A stretch of DNA of 64,000 nt from Amoebophrya sp. A120 (Eukaryota > Protista > Dinoflagellata): positions 4,520,518-4,584,517 of the forward strand of contig CAJINV010000004.1 of assembly GCA_905178155.1 (NCBI GenBank), written 5' to 3'. The notes beneath the pieces were generated by a model. The model saw only the letters and a list, made by a program, of their open reading frames with translations. It did no database searches and was not told where the DNA came from. Made by a program: the position numbers and the translations under genes. Within the stretch, counting starts at the first letter, position 1; the number at the start of each line of letters is the position of its first letter. Positions 13,768 to 27,508 of the stretch are shown here, piece after piece.

Positions 13768-15347
13768 AATTTTTTATCCCAGCCGGAGTTGTAACTGCTT
13801 GAAAAAAAGCATGAGCATCTTGATGGTGTACCAAGATGAGTAGGTTTTTTATTGAGGAATCCTCATCTTGTGTAAGTATAACAAAAATAGTACATCATCA
13901 GTGCTGCTCGTTGTTTGAACGCGTTTTCTTTCGGACGGCGACATGAGCCATTCATTCTTGATGCAGAGTCTCTGGACGATGGTCCTGGAGCTGCCCGCAC
14001 GTATAGTCATCCTCAGCTGAAAGTGAAACGAACCAAAACCGCTGCTAGACATCCTTGTAGTTCATTTTCGATGGCGGTTCTTTCGCTCTTCCACCAGCGA
14101 AGCTCCAAAAAAGCGACAGTCGTAGCTTTCTATTTTTTCCATTGTACGATAAAGATAATTATTTTCGGCGTGAGGCGATGCGTTCTTCGTCACATACTAA
14201 TTTATGATTTCGCTATACAATTTTTCCGCGCTTCTATACGGCGAGGTTACATGAAGATCTATCAGAGAGACTGTATGATTTTTCGTAGCTGCCTAGTATC
14301 TAATGCCAAAATTATTAGAACGAAAGGCAGTGCTTGTGCCATACAATCATGAATGATTTTCGAACATTTCTCGTCCCTCCTGGATGTAGTATTTTGTTAT
14401 TGCACATCCACAAGCACATGCACAATGAGTCGTGGTTTGTATAATCTAAATGCCGTTGTATTGCTTCAACTACATCAGAAACTCTGCAACAAATTCTGGA
14501 ACTACTAAGCCTGATGCATAGATACGAAGAACAACCGCCCAGCCGAAGTCAAACCTTCACGAGCAGTTCGTGATAAACCATGTAGCCTAGCAGTCTGTGT
14601 CTTGTTGGGCAGTGTTCTGACGCCATGCCTGTTTTTTTATTTTCGGAGAAAGAAGAACGAAGATCAACACTTTTGCTACACGATCCACGACACTGCATAC
14701 TTGTTCTGAGCGATCATTCATGGATCTCCAAAAGTTTCAAGTTGTGTTGATGCCGTTGTGGTCGTGATAGAGCATCTTGCACTTGCTGTTGCTTGATTTT
14801 TGCGTGTACGAAGAAAGAGGTCCATCGAAATTCTTGATCAGTATGCTCGGATTTTTTCTTGATCAGAGAGCCTGACTCCTCGTGGTTGTTCGATCCACAG
14901 GTCGAGTTTCCTGCGCCGAAATGACATAGGGATAAGAAAGAAGCTGCACGAAATAAGGTTGGTTTGAACAAAAGCGCAAGAAGAAAGTGCATGAACACCT
15001 GTACTATGCCCAATGCGCTACGCACCATTATAAATATACTTTTATCTCACTGTAGGTGCAGCATGCAGAATTCATTCTTTTTTCATCTAAATAGATCAGA
15101 AGCAGTGCTGGACGAATATTTTTTTTTTCTTAAATAATTAAAGACATAAGTAAAATTATCTATTCGAGGAAGCCAGATTAGCGATCGACAAAGGACGAGG
15201 ACGAGGAGGACAGTCTAAGGCTTAGAACAAGATCAAGAGTCGAGCAGATTTATATCACCGCTCTTGAAGGTGGTCCTTTTCGTTTTGAAGTACTTACGAG
15301 CCTGAAAACAAGTTGAAGTTGTCCTGTTTCATACAGCGGACACGAAA

Positions 15348-18322
15348 ATGTTCGATGTCGTACATGGCTACGACGGGTTGAAATCGAAACTCGACCAAAT
15401 CATCGCAGAAACTACGTCGAACGGTGTATGCAAGAAAAAAACTGTGTAAGTGTAAATCTGTGATGCGGAAAATGCAAAACAGTTACACTTGTCATGCTCG
15501 ACATGCATGATCGGCTCGTTTCCTATGTGTTTTCCCTTCCTATCTGCGCATAACAAGTTTTCCCTGTCATTGCAGACAAACTTGTGATGCTGTTTTCCCA
15601 AAAGACTTACACTAACACATTTTTTTTCTTGGATACGGTGGATCAACCCCCGATGATGAAGCTAAAGCACTTCTACAAGAACGACAACCAGCTTTATTCA
15701 ACAGGAGCATCGTCGTGTGTCTTGACGAGGGAAAGCATTGGCTAGGGGCGCATTTATTCTACAGAAACAATCTTGCTGCCGGCGAGAAGAACAGGAGGAC
15801 CAGCACTGCTGATATTTTTACGACTGCAAATGTTGCGACTCCTGCAGTTGATTCAACATCATCATCGTCATCCACGGGTGGACGAGCGTCGTCGAGTCAG
15901 CAACCACGCTTGCAAGTCTTACTCTTTGACACACTAGAATTGGACATCGAGAGCCTGTGGATCTCCCAGCTGCTATCATCGCCCGAACGAGGTCGAGGAG
16001 GTGGAACTACATGGCAAAGCAAGAAGAATGCATGCTACGATCTTTTCCTGCTCGGGCCGATCTGCGATTATCGTCAGATAAGGAGTAGCTGTCAAGGTGC
16101 GGTGTCTGGCACGACGTCGACCAGCAGTACTAGCAGCGGAACAAGTTCATCATTCAAAAAACTCTACTACGACCGGCACCGCGGATTACCGCACCGCAAG
16201 ATGATCGCGCAACCCACACTGCAGAGCCAGCGGGACGGCACCTGCTTGGCCAGATGTTTGGCAGTCTTGCTCTGGCTGCGCTTTGTTCAGCAGATGAATA
16301 GTGATGTTGATGACAAAGACAATGGGACCTCTCGAAGTACTTCGCCGCGCTATCAGAATTATCTTCAAACCGCCTTCGACCTCGAGACGAAGCTTTTGCA
16401 AAGAGGCAGAACCTTTATCGCCCCAGAACTTAGTTCGCAAAGGAATCCAGACGCTTTTCGCCCGAAGCAGGAGGACAAGTGTGGGAACCAACAGGTTGTC
16501 AACATGACCACAGACGCCAGTGAACAGTTGATCGAGCACGAGCACGAGTTTTACCCGCTACGTACCTTGTTTTCCACCGGAGAGCGAGACACCTTCGGAA
16601 GAAGGTTCTATACGCACACAACTGCAGCTATGATTCCTGCAGCAGGGGCGGGTGAAGAACAGAATGATCGTGCCAAAAATGGGTTATTCGGCCACGTTGA
16701 AGATGGGAAGAAAAATGGAATAAGTGCAGAAATTCTTGCCGGTAAAAAGCAGAAACCGAACCCTGACATTGCTTCAAAACCGCCTGAAAGTAGTTCTTCC
16801 GCCGGATCCGGAACAAAAACTCGTCCTGCGGCGGCCTCATTTGACCCCCCCGACCGGTTACTTCAGGAGTACGTTGTTGCGAATGCTAAACTCGCAGCTA
16901 TCCGGGAACGCTTTTCGTTTTCCTCATCATCATCCCGCGAGAGTGTTGTAGTTGAGGGCGAAATTGTTCTAAACGCGTCCTCGCGGCCCCGTTCGTCGCA
17001 TCAGTTCCATAGACCCGCCTCCGCCTGGCGACTGGCCGAGGATTTAGGGGGGGACCATGTGAAGCGATGGCAGTTTCTGGAGGAGGTTTGCTTTTGGTTC
17101 GGCAACTACAACTATCAGGTGATAAAGAAATCGGGCTATGCTGTGCGGGAAGTGTTACAGGACCATGCAATGGAGCAAGAGGACAGGACAACGACAACTG
17201 CGAGCGGAGTTGCTGAAGCTACATTCTCAAACAACATCAAAAGCCCGCGCGGCGATCAACATTCTCTGCCACCTGTTTTGCTCCACCCAGCGAGTACGAA
17301 GATTCGAAAGTTCAGGCACCGCAAGACTGGCTTGATCACACACGAGGCAGACCCGACCTTTTTCGAGCCGCTGGAGGCGTGCATCGAGTTTCTCTGCTGC
17401 ACCACAGCTACAACTACCGAAGAGGAGAAGGAAGAGGGGCGGCATGAAGAGCAGCCCCTTGCACAAGATGAAGTAGCAACAACAGTATTAAATCACCCAC
17501 AGAAGTTCACAGTTTGCCCTTTTCCGAAAGTTTTCGAATCCCTGTGTCTGGCCGATATGCTTGCGCTACAAGAATCGCTAGGTGAATGTAGTACAGATCA
17601 TTCCGCGGGTCGCAGTAATTTCTCCGGTGGGGCGGGTCCTCGTGCAAGTAAAGATCATGATTCTGCGACGAGTTCTTGTCCTTTGCATGGACCACGAGAT
17701 CATGAACCAGAATCGCAGGAGATGAAGACAGCCTCTATCATCGACCTGATAGAAAGGATTGAAGTCGACAAGAGCCACAGACGTGTCTTTGTCTCGGACT
17801 ATGCACTGGACGGGAGCTTTCTGAATGATCCGGAACGCGACATTGATCTGCAAACGGAACTCCGCATGCCCGTTCTGTTGAAGCGGTAGGTGGGACAAGT
17901 AATGACTGAAACTTCTGCAGCTCCGGTGGGGGGGCCACGTGCAAACGATACTAGCCAGGCTCGATGAGGATGAGATTGAGAAACAATTGCGTTTCATCCG
18001 GGTCACGTACGTGTGTCGTTCTTAGCAGCGCTTTGCACGTGAAATAATGTTGACAAGGCAGCACTTGCCTTTCACGATCAATGACAAGGCAACGTTTTTC
18101 ACGACTGCAGACAAGCAGCATTTGTTTTTCGTTTTTTTTTTGTGTGTCAGCAATCAAGATCATCGTGAAGATCTAGACCATCTTCAGGATGGACGATCGC
18201 GGCTAGGACGAACGAAAGCAGTTGTATTGCAGCAACAAGATAAATCAACATACCTGCTTCATATTTTATTACGCTTTGGCCTTCGCTTGTTTGATACTAC
18301 GGATCGCCAGCTGCAAATATGA
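15348..18322 (+). CDS. Hypothetical protein, possible clan CE (Ulp1/adenain-like) cysteine protease
   Basis: ATG at 15348. Removing 15427-15640 gives ...TTSNG|GSTPDD...IVVCLDEGKHWLG in frame with ORF 15715. HW, FD and Q..C motifs occur in CE-clan order. Two GT-AG introns after 17886 lead to a stop at 18322. Confidence 0.55.
15427..15635. mobile_element. Introner family K (TIR TATGCAAGAAAAAAACTGTGTAAGTGTAA)
   Basis: TSD CGGTG at 15422-15426 and 15636-15640; frame restored. Confidence 0.88.
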
Positions 18323-19408
18323 TCACTACAGAGAAGCTCTCCGAGAAAACCATCGAGAAGATGAAGTATACGATCCGAGTTCTATCCAAAATCGACATAT
18401 TTGGCTTCAAGAAAGATTTGAAAAATTTGTACCTGATCATGCTCATACATCACATCAAAATATTACACGTAAAAAAAGCATGAGTTTTTAACTTTAAGCA
18501 TGACCGACCCGTTGCCATTGCACCAGTCAGGGACAATGAATATCGGCCCCGTGGTGTGCAACGAACGAGATGCAGTGCCATCATGGAGTTGGAGACAAAA
18601 TCATGTTCCTGCGTTTTTTATCCTTTCAGTTCTTGAGTGAGAATCACATGATCGATGGATGCACTTCATCTTACCGACGACACAGGGAAGCGACAGCGAC
18701 CGAAGTATTTGTTGATGTGCCCCGCCGACGTGAGCTGTATTGTGATCAGAGTATAATTCGTTAGTATAAACAACCAAGTACTTACTTACATGGACGTTAT
18801 TGATATGCGTGAGTAAGTGTCATGGCGCTCTCTATTTTTCAACATTTCATAGTGCTAGAGTTAGTCTTCGTGTCTTGAGTTGTGGTACATTTTCAAAGTG
18901 TTAGAAAATTGCACGAGCGCGCCAACAATACGAGTTTATTCTAGAAGTTAGTTCTCAGTCATATTCCGATTCGTCTCCATTGCAACATACGTTGTATGTT
19001 TATGCGCTATAATTCTTCTTGCAACTAATTGTGATAATTTTTCTGGAAATTCATTTTTTTCAAACACCATAATGACGTCCCCGCACGCCTCCATCTCGAT
19101 GAGACCTTCCCGCGCTTCAGTCCTTAAGCCCGCACGCATTTCTTTCTCGACGACGTTTGACAGGTTGATGCCGCTTCCCTCAGTAAAAATGATACGACCT
19201 CCCACCTCTACAATACGAATACCACTCAGAACGGCGGCGCTTCTTCGAATACGGTACTAATGTGCAGCACCTCCGCTAGAAGCGCTTTCTTTTGTTTGCT
19301 GCCTTATCTCCCTCGTGCCCATTCCTCCGGCGGCGGCGACCTACCCCAGCACTCCCATAGTTTCATCGCTACGTATAATTTTTCTGCTGTCGGCGGTGGA
19401 TCAACATA

Positions 19409-22400
19409 ATGTATGCCTCTTACCGGGTGCTGGGACTGCAAAGCGGCGTGAGCTATGAGGATGCCAAGCGCAAGTACCGCAAATTGTGCCTGCAAAAGCA
19501 CCCGGACAAGCCCTCAGGGAACAAAGAGGAGTTCGTCAAGATTAACGAGGCCTGGAATTTCCTCCAGGAAAATGTCTGGAACAAACAGCCGGGGGCAGCG
19601 GGTGGTGGTACTACACTAGAAGATTTTTACTTACTGTGTGATTATAGATAGCACTTGCACTTGGCGTTGGCGCCATCAAAGACTTCTTGCTCATCTTAAT
19701 GCTTTTGTTGCCAATCATCTGACACACAAGTTTTGGCCTCGATAACAAGGAAACGCAATCTATCATGTCGCCGTGGTCGTGTAATATTGGAGCAGAATCA
19801 GTTTGGCAGCTGCTTCCTTCGTAGCTTTTGTGCTTTGCAGAAGCCGGGTTGCATTTGTGCGACGCGGTTAGTACTTGTTAGGTGGTTGTACAGAATGACG
19901 AAACAGAAAAGCATGACCACCTAATCCTTTCTACTATTCGTCTCGTATATTCTAAACGAGTTGAATATGAAGAATTAACAATGATTAAAACCACCACAGG
20001 CGCCGCTTCCAGCAGCAGTCGCGCCGCTGGCCCTCCCTCCCGTAACCGCGGGCCGATGTTTCGAGGGAACGCGACGCCGGGCAGCACTGCGGGGTTTTTC
20101 ACCAACCCCAATGGCAGTAGTCGGCGCGGCGCCGGGGCCGCGGGCCAACAAAATGCAACGAACAAAAACATGGAGGAGGACATTAAGAACATGTTTTCGG
20201 GCATCAATCCGGACTTCTTCCAGAACTTTGCCGGTAGTGGGAGTCCCGGAGGGAGTACCTCGTCCAGTCGCGGTGACTACCCTTCCGACGAAGATGTAGA
20301 CCCGGGGGAGCCCACCGACGACGAGGAGCTCGAGCGCCGCGAGGACGACAAATGGCGATCGGCGAAGAGGGACGGAAGCGGAGACTATAATTTTAATTAC
20401 AACCACACTTCTGGAAGTGCAGGAGCTGGTGCGTCTGCTTCCTCTTCTTTCCACCACCACTCCCGCCGACCGAACGAGGAGGATTGGCTCCGATCGGAAC
20501 AGCGAAAATCCGAAATCGCGGACGAAAACCGGGACTTCAATGACGGGAAATATTTAACAGCGCCGGAGATCCCCACGAAGGACCGGATCACGCAGTTCAT
20601 GCGAGAACTGTTTCTGACCTGGCACAACCCCTCCATGCTGCGCAAAAAGGTGAACACGTTTCCGAACGAAGTGCTGCAACAAATCGACTGGGACATCCAG
20701 CTGGGCATCGAGAACCGGGGGGTGCTTTGGCGGGATCAGATGTTCATCGAAACCGCGGCGCCGAAAGAGAAGTCGGAGAAGTTGTTAGAGATTATCGAGC
20801 AGCGCGAACTTCTGGTAGTGGGGCAAGAGCTGCGGCGGTGCGAGATTTTGCTGGAAGAAGTAGACAAAAAACTGGACAACCGGGAGATGAAAAATGATGT
20901 AGTAAGCACGCTAGCAATGTCAACATCTTCGAAGAACAAGGTCCGCCATTTAAAACGGTTAAAGGAACACCTGTTGGAGCAGCAAGAGGAGCTAGCAACC
21001 GAGAAGGAAGCCCTGGACTACTTGCAATTTGTGGTGGCCAAGGTGGTATCAAATGTAAAAATGTCTGGGTCTGGAAGAATGCTGCAACTTGTCATGCTAA
21101 ATCTGCAGCATGCAAAAATCTGTGTTGCATGATTACCAAAAGTCGTCCAGTTTTGACCAAGTCCGAAGGGAGTTTCTCATGCAGGATAGGCATGAGAGAG
21201 ATCGCACAGAATCTGTCATGCTAGGTCCTGCATTCCAAGCCTCATGGGTCATGGAAAAGCTGCGTGACAAGTCGCGCATTCTTCCAGACCCAGACACTTT
21301 TGCACTTGATAGGTGGCAAAGTTCTACTCCGACCGCGCGGACAAGTTCAACGAACTGGCTGCGGACTCGGCGCGAGTCGAGAAAATCAACCCGCACAACC
21401 CGAATCGGCACGCCTGCAACGCTTTTTTTGAGGAGGAGAAGCAACTGTTCGCGGGGATCATTGAGAAAAATCCGGGCTACCTGCCGGAATACATGTTGGA
21501 CCCCGCTTTTTACCACGACTTGAGCCCCGCCTCGCCGACGAGTGGCGACGAGGCGGCGTTTCCGAACGACAAGATGGCACAGCACCAGAAAGCTGGTACT
21601 AATTCTGGAGAAAATGTTCATGGGGACCACGATGACAGCGAGGACTTGGTTTTCCCAGGAGGAAGTAGTACAGGTGGAAAGAACAGCAAGGAAAAGAAGA
21701 TCAAGAGCCACAAAAATAAAAAACGAAAGCGTAAAAGTAAGGAAGGACAAGAACGGAGGCGCCGGTTGTCGAGCGATGTGGAAATGAAATCAGACGACAG
21801 CGATGGTTTCAGTACATCTTCCTCCTCTGATGGAGATGCTGAATCTTCTTCTTCCAGCGACGCAGAGGAGCACGGTGACGACAAGAAGATGAGCAGCAGT
21901 AAAAAGAAGATAAAAAGGGGCGAAGCTGCTGCTGCTGCTGTTGTTGAGGATGTGTCTCGGTCTCCGACGTCAAATAAAAGTGGTGAAGACAACTACGAAC
22001 AAGAAGATGTTGATGAGAAGATCGACATGACGCAATTCCACAAAAAAAAACCGCACGCCGTGAATGCGTACGATAACCCAGAAAAAATAAACCGGGACAA
22101 ATCTTCTCCGAAATCTAGCGAAGGTGATCAACACCCCCCTGCCAAGGTCCCCTCGCGCTCCCTCTCGACGCGAATACACCCCCCCGGGTGGACACCACCT
22201 CCTGGAGCTGCAGCAAAGTCGTCGACAATTCCATCGGGTCATCAGCAAGGGAATTCTTCTTCTGCTTCTTCCTTTCTGAAGAAGCCCAGGCTCACGCCCG
22301 CGAAGGCGCAGCCGGAGCCGCGGTTTGGTCCTGCAGGTGCAACCTTAATAAAGGGAACCGAAAACAACAACAAGCCGGATGGCCACCAGCTAAGCAGTGT

Positions 22401-24809
22401 CGGAAAGGAGTACTTGGAAAAGGCGCGAAGTGCGCTGGACATTTTCAGTGGAAACGACGAAAGCAGCAGTAGCAGCAGTGACTCGGAGGCAGACAGCGTG
22501 AAATTGAGTGAAAATAATGTTGACCAGGATCGAAAAAGAAGTGGCTCTGTTCCATCTGAAAGTATTGCTGGGCAACACAATCACAAAGTCAATGTTCTTG
22601 ACAAAGCGCGGCCGCAGTCGCAGAAGCAGAACGACGCGGGTTTTTATGACGAGGACCTCCTCAGTTTATCGGCCGAAACTTCTTCCTCCTCTGAACCCGA
22701 CACCTCCGACAGCGAAGTGTTGCAGGCGCGCCGCGCAGCCAAGGCGTTGACTAATTTGACCAAACGACGCCTCGTCGAAGGGAACAAAGAGGACCTGCTT
22801 GGCGCCGCCGGGACGTCGACAATAAAACCACAAGGTCGAGTTGTATCAGGGCAAGCACCTCCGCATCAGGAGCAACAGCACAAGAACGACATGATCGAGG
22901 GTAAAGGCAACAGCGTCGCCAGTTCATCATCACCAAGATCTTCATCTTCCCTTGGGCCGCTCCGGGGGAATACAGGGACACCAGTGAGAAGAAAGCCACC
23001 TCCCCAACTGTACCCGATCAAGGGGAAGGACATCAAGGGGCAGTATCCTGTGCAAAAGTATCGTACTCGTACTCATTGCAAATATGCATGACAAATCTCC
23101 TTCCTAAGGCAAAACAGCACTACAAATTCCAGCTTTCTTCTTGCCAAAGTTTGTGATGCAATTTATAGTAGTGCGATACTTTTGCAATGCATACGCAGCA
23201 AGGGGGAGCAAAGGGCGGTGGGACGAGTGGAAGTCCGATTTTGAACAAACCAGTAGGAGGTGATAGTACTCATGCCACTGGAAGCCTGCTCGTTGGAAAG
23301 GCCGAAAATATTAAATCCTCGTCTTCAAGCAGTGGTAGTTCGTCCAGCAGCTCCATAAATGGGTATAAGGGACAGGGAAAAACCGGCAAGAAAAGCAGCG
23401 AAGAAAACTACCGAGCCGGCCCACCTATGCCCGCTGCGTCTTCAGCATCAGCAGGAGCAGCAAGTGCGCCACGGTCCGCGTCAAAAGAAGAACTCAACGA
23501 GCGAAGTGCAATAAATAAGCATAAGGGCTCATCTTCTATATCTTCAAACTACAGAAGTAACAAGCGTCCTGCGGGTGCTGTGGACCAGCACCTCCTGACT
23601 ACCGCAGCAGCGGACCCAAGAACTACCTCCTCCACACGAGTACATCACGACGACCAAAGAACCCATGGCTCCGAAGATGTCGATGACGCTGCCAAGCGGC
23701 GGCGCGGCATCGAGGAAGACATGCGGCGCGCGTTCCAGGCCGAGGCTGCGGTGAAGCGGGAAAACGAGAAAAAGATCGGGAAGTTGGAGGCCGACAGTCG
23801 GAAAATAGGGGATACATTTTTCCAAAGTGAAAAGCACAAGAACCTTCTGGAAACTGATGTGAAATACAAGCAGGGCTACGACTTGACGGAGGAATTGCAA
23901 TCACTCGGCACCAGAAACCGCGACGCAAAGTTGCTCCGGGCTGAGGAACGGGATCTGCTGAATTATTTCCACGAGAAGAGCGGTGGCCGCGGGCTTGCGG
24001 TGGTAAAGTCCTCCTCGTCGAAGAGGCCTGCGGGAGGGGATGAACAAGGGATAGGGAACAAGTCGGGAACGACAAATGATAAGAGCGGCGAAGCAGGGCC
24101 GAAGATGAAAATGAATACCAGTAGTACGGCCGCCGGTGATGAAGCTGCTCCTGCTGACATGGTAAAGAAATCACCCAGCGTCGAAGTTGTTGAGAACAAC
24201 GGAACAAAAAGACCACGCACTGCTACGACAAATAGAACCGGTGCTAGTAGCTCGGACATGGTTTTCGTTGTGGATGACGTTGCTGGCGTGGTGCATGAGA
24301 CGAAATCGAAAAGCAAGGCGAAAATAACCCGGAGTGTCAGTAAGGAAAAAGCCCGCCCTGCAGTTGTGCCTTTGACCACTGCATCTTCTTCATCCTCATC
24401 AGCTCCGCCAGCCAGTATGTTGAAAGCGACGGCAGCAGCTGCACGTGAAGCTGCAACTGGCGCAGGCGCTCGCGCAGCCTCGTCGAGTAGTAGCGGTGCA
24501 CCGCGAGCCCCAGCAGCAGCCACAGTATCCAAAAGCAAGAAGACAGAACAAGAACGCTCCTCGTCGGGAATAAATCAAGCCAAGAGCAGTTCTCGTGGGC
24601 AAAAGAAACCTGCTGATGCACCTGGTAATCATTCGGAAGACGAGGATGATATCGATCGGCTTCTGCTAAGCGGCGACACAGACTCCTCGTCGGAAGAGGA
24701 TAACAACTCTGATGAGAAAGACAACTCTGCTGGCGGACGAGAAAGTGATGGTCTTACGTCGGATTCTGAAATCGACAACATTGCAGCGACAGGAAGAGCA
24801 GATACATAG
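19409..24809 (+). CDS. DnaJ (J-domain) protein with long low-complexity C-terminus
   Basis: YRVLGL...KRKYRKLCLQKHPDK...EEFVKINEAW contains the HPD motif. GT-AG intron 19608-19999 and introners at 21047 and 23044 join ORFs 19882, 21313 and 23187 in frame. Confidence 0.85.
21047..21311. mobile_element. Introner family A
   Basis: TSD GGTGG; can be read as a GT-AG intron 21043-21312; very similar to the 2801 copy. Confidence 0.95.
23044..23193. mobile_element. Introner family B (TIR core TGCAAAAGTATCGTACTCGTA)
   Basis: TSD ggcag/cgcag; removal joins KGQ|QGGAKG. Confidence 0.9.
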
Positions 24810-25789
24810 ATCATGACGTCGCACCTTCTTAAAAATAATGTCAGAGTTGCGACGACGTGTGATCCTGATCAACATAACTACCAGCGAAATTTCAGCCGAA
24901 TTTTCATGATGAAAGCGATTTGCTTGGGCAATGCCGAAAGGTGAGTCGTCGTGGTGGTCTTGAGGCCCCGCCCGACCACAGGCACACATGCTCGTTCTCG
25001 TTGGAAATGCAAAAATAAGAAAAGTTTTCTATCGTCGTTATTGCTTTTGTACCTGTAAGTGTAACAAACAAAAGCATCGAAGAGCTTGTACCTCGTGTGC
25101 GTGTGGCATTAGATAAAAAGAGAGCTTCTACTGCATCGGCTATGGCTTGAGCTTGTATTAAATCGGTTGTGCGTTGGCTTGAGCTCGTTCAAAACAAATA
25201 TCATCTGTTTCGCGTTTGAACCGGAGTCGGTTTGTAAATTGTCATTGATGACGGATAAATTGTCTCTGTCCTCGACGTTTAAATTTATCGACCCTAAACT
25301 CGCAATCATTTCTATAAAAATACAACATATTATCGACCCGGACTCAAGTACGCGGCATCAAGCCGACAGAGCAAGAGAAGAGCCGCAAGCAGGGACGTAG
25401 TTTGCTTGCGACTGAGGCAAAGGGGAGAGCCGCAAGAACATTTTGCAACCGAGAGGAATGAACGAGGAGGAAACAACATTTCGAGTATCACGATTCACGA
25501 CAGCACGAAGACGAGAAAACTGAGGAGCGTCGCCAGCCGATCAGGTTCTTTAGGTCGTTGTTGGATCTTTGGAACATCCAGAACCTACTCAGAGGTTAGC
25601 GTTAGGCGACAAGATTCACGCTGATGTTTTCTCAAAAGCCTGTCGGCAAGTTCAGACAGTGTTTAGATTCTTTCGTTCGAGAGTTTCGCTTGCTTTTTCT
25701 CGTTATATCAATTCGAACAAACATTTTTCGCACAGACTGTTTTTTCTTCTTCACAGGTTCAGCGTGGCTGCAACACAGTCGTGGGAACA

Positions 25790-27508
25790 ATGAGCACTAC
25801 ATCTACAACTACTTCTCCTAGCGCCGGAGGGCCAGGGACCATCATGATCACCGGCGGTGCGACGTCCGCGTCGACAACCTCCATGCGGCGGGGGGGCGGC
25901 CACCGAGACGTGGCCTTTTCCACCCAACGGAGCCACGCGCCCCGAGCGGTCGTGACGCGGATGCTGTTACGTCTCCTGGCGGTGGAGGGGCCACTGCGCG
26001 CGATCGCCCTTTGGGATCGTTTGTTCGGTTCCGGGGCCTGGGATCGGGATTTCAGCCAGGTTTGGTCTTCGACTTCGTTGTCCAGCGACAGTGCTGATCA
26101 TGGCGCTCAGCAGACCACTCCGGCGGGACCAAGTGCGCCGCCCCGGCGGTTGCGAGGGTCAAAGAAGTTTCTGGCCCCGCGACACGAAATGTACGAGAGT
26201 GACGGGAGCGACGAGGGATCTTCCGAAAGTGCCACGTCGTCTCCACCGTCTGCTTCCGACCACAACAACGCTCGGCTGTCGGCTGATGGGACCAAGCAGA
26301 AAAGCCCGGACGCTCTCGTCTCCGGACCGGGGCCAGAACCAGAAGTCCCGTCGGCTGCGGCGGCTTTTCTGCAGCGCGATGTTGGTCGAGAGCTCGTACA
26401 AAAATCTTCCGCCGACCACACCGCCTTGGCTGCGAAACAAGTGCATCAAGTCGAAGAAACTACCGAGGGAGGAGCCGCTGAAAATCTGGCCGGGATGTTG
26501 GAGCAAGAAGGTGCTGCTCCGATTTTTGAAGATGCCGCCCACACCAACCACGGATCCGATCATCTCTTTGCCAGCAGTGACGACCACCAAGGAGGCTCAA
26601 CGTCTGCAGCCTCTTCGCCAAGTCATGATCTGGGTCGTGGGGCACCGGCGGATGCGGCCGAGCAAGAAGTGTCGGAGGAGCTGCAAGGAACCAGCGCCGG
26701 CGGGCCGTCATCCTCTACTTCCACTTTTGCCGAAACCGTTTCCGGAAAATTAGTGGACGACGCGGCGCTGATGTTGAGCAACTCCACGCTGAAGCTGGTG
26801 CCCGACGAAGACGATGGAGTGGAGGACAAGCTTTCTGGGACAACTACGTCGGCTGAGAAGTCGCAGCTTCAGCCCCAGGAACAAAGCTTCGTCGAGACGG
26901 CTTCTGGTCCTCGTCCAATGTTGGGAAGGGCTTTGAGCACACCCCTGCCGTCGACAGACAGGGGCGACGCGCCGGTCGCAGCCGCGGGTCCTCTCCAACG
27001 CACGATGAGCGACTCTGCTCTCCTCCGAACAAATACAGAAGAGCCGGGACTGCCCTGGTCTCTTGTGGGGAAAGGTGCTATGGGCGCGTGGCAGTTTGCC
27101 ACAGACGCTGCTAATTCCGTTTCGCTGAAAAGCGAAAAATTTCTGCATGTGCGTGATGTTGATAAACTCACGCACAAAATTCAGCAGCAGGAGGATGTCA
27201 TTGAGGTGGCAGGAAGATACCCACCAGTCCAAGGCGAGGCCGCGCCAGGTGACGCACGAATTCGCAAGGGGAACTGCAAACTCAAATACTATCGCTCACT
27301 AGCGCACCCGCACAAAGCCAAAAAAACTGAGGAGCATGATTTCGTCGTTTTCGAGCCTCTACTTGAAGTTGAAGGTGGCCGCACTCCACCCCCTCAGAAG
27401 ACAACAAGAGTCGTTGCTGAATACAGCAAACCTATGACAGGAATCTTCTTTCTGCTATACTGGTCGGCGTCGGTTTCTCCATGTATTTTCCCTGCAGCTC
27501 GACTATAG
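25790..27508 (+). CDS. Hypothetical low-complexity protein (probably continues in downstream exons to about 28400)
   Basis: 575-codon ORF with composition like neighbouring genes; no recognisable domain. Confidence 0.55.
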   Translation: MSTTSTTTSPSAGGPGTIMITGGATSASTTSMRRGGGHRDVAFSTQRSHAPRAVVTRMLLRLLAVEGPLRAIALWDRLFGSGAWDRDFSQVWSSTSLSSDSADHGAQQTTPAGPSAPPRRLRGSKKFLAPRHEMYESDGSDEGSSESATSSPPSASDHNNARLSADGTKQKSPDALVSGPGPEPEVPSAAAAFLQRDVGRELVQKSSADHTALAAKQVHQVEETTEGGAAENLAGMLEQEGAAPIFEDAAHTNHGSDHLFASSDDHQGGSTSAASSPSHDLGRGAPADAAEQEVSEELQGTSAGGPSSSTSTFAETVSGKLVDDAALMLSNSTLKLVPDEDDGVEDKLSGTTTSAEKSQLQPQEQSFVETASGPRPMLGRALSTPLPSTDRGDAPVAAAGPLQRTMSDSALLRTNTEEPGLPWSLVGKGAMGAWQFATDAANSVSLKSEKFLHVRDVDKLTHKIQQQEDVIEVAGRYPPVQGEAAPGDARIRKGNCKLKYYRSLAHPHKAKKTEEHDFVVFEPLLEVEGGRTPPPQKTTRVVAEYSKPMTGIFFLLYWSASVSPCIFPAARL

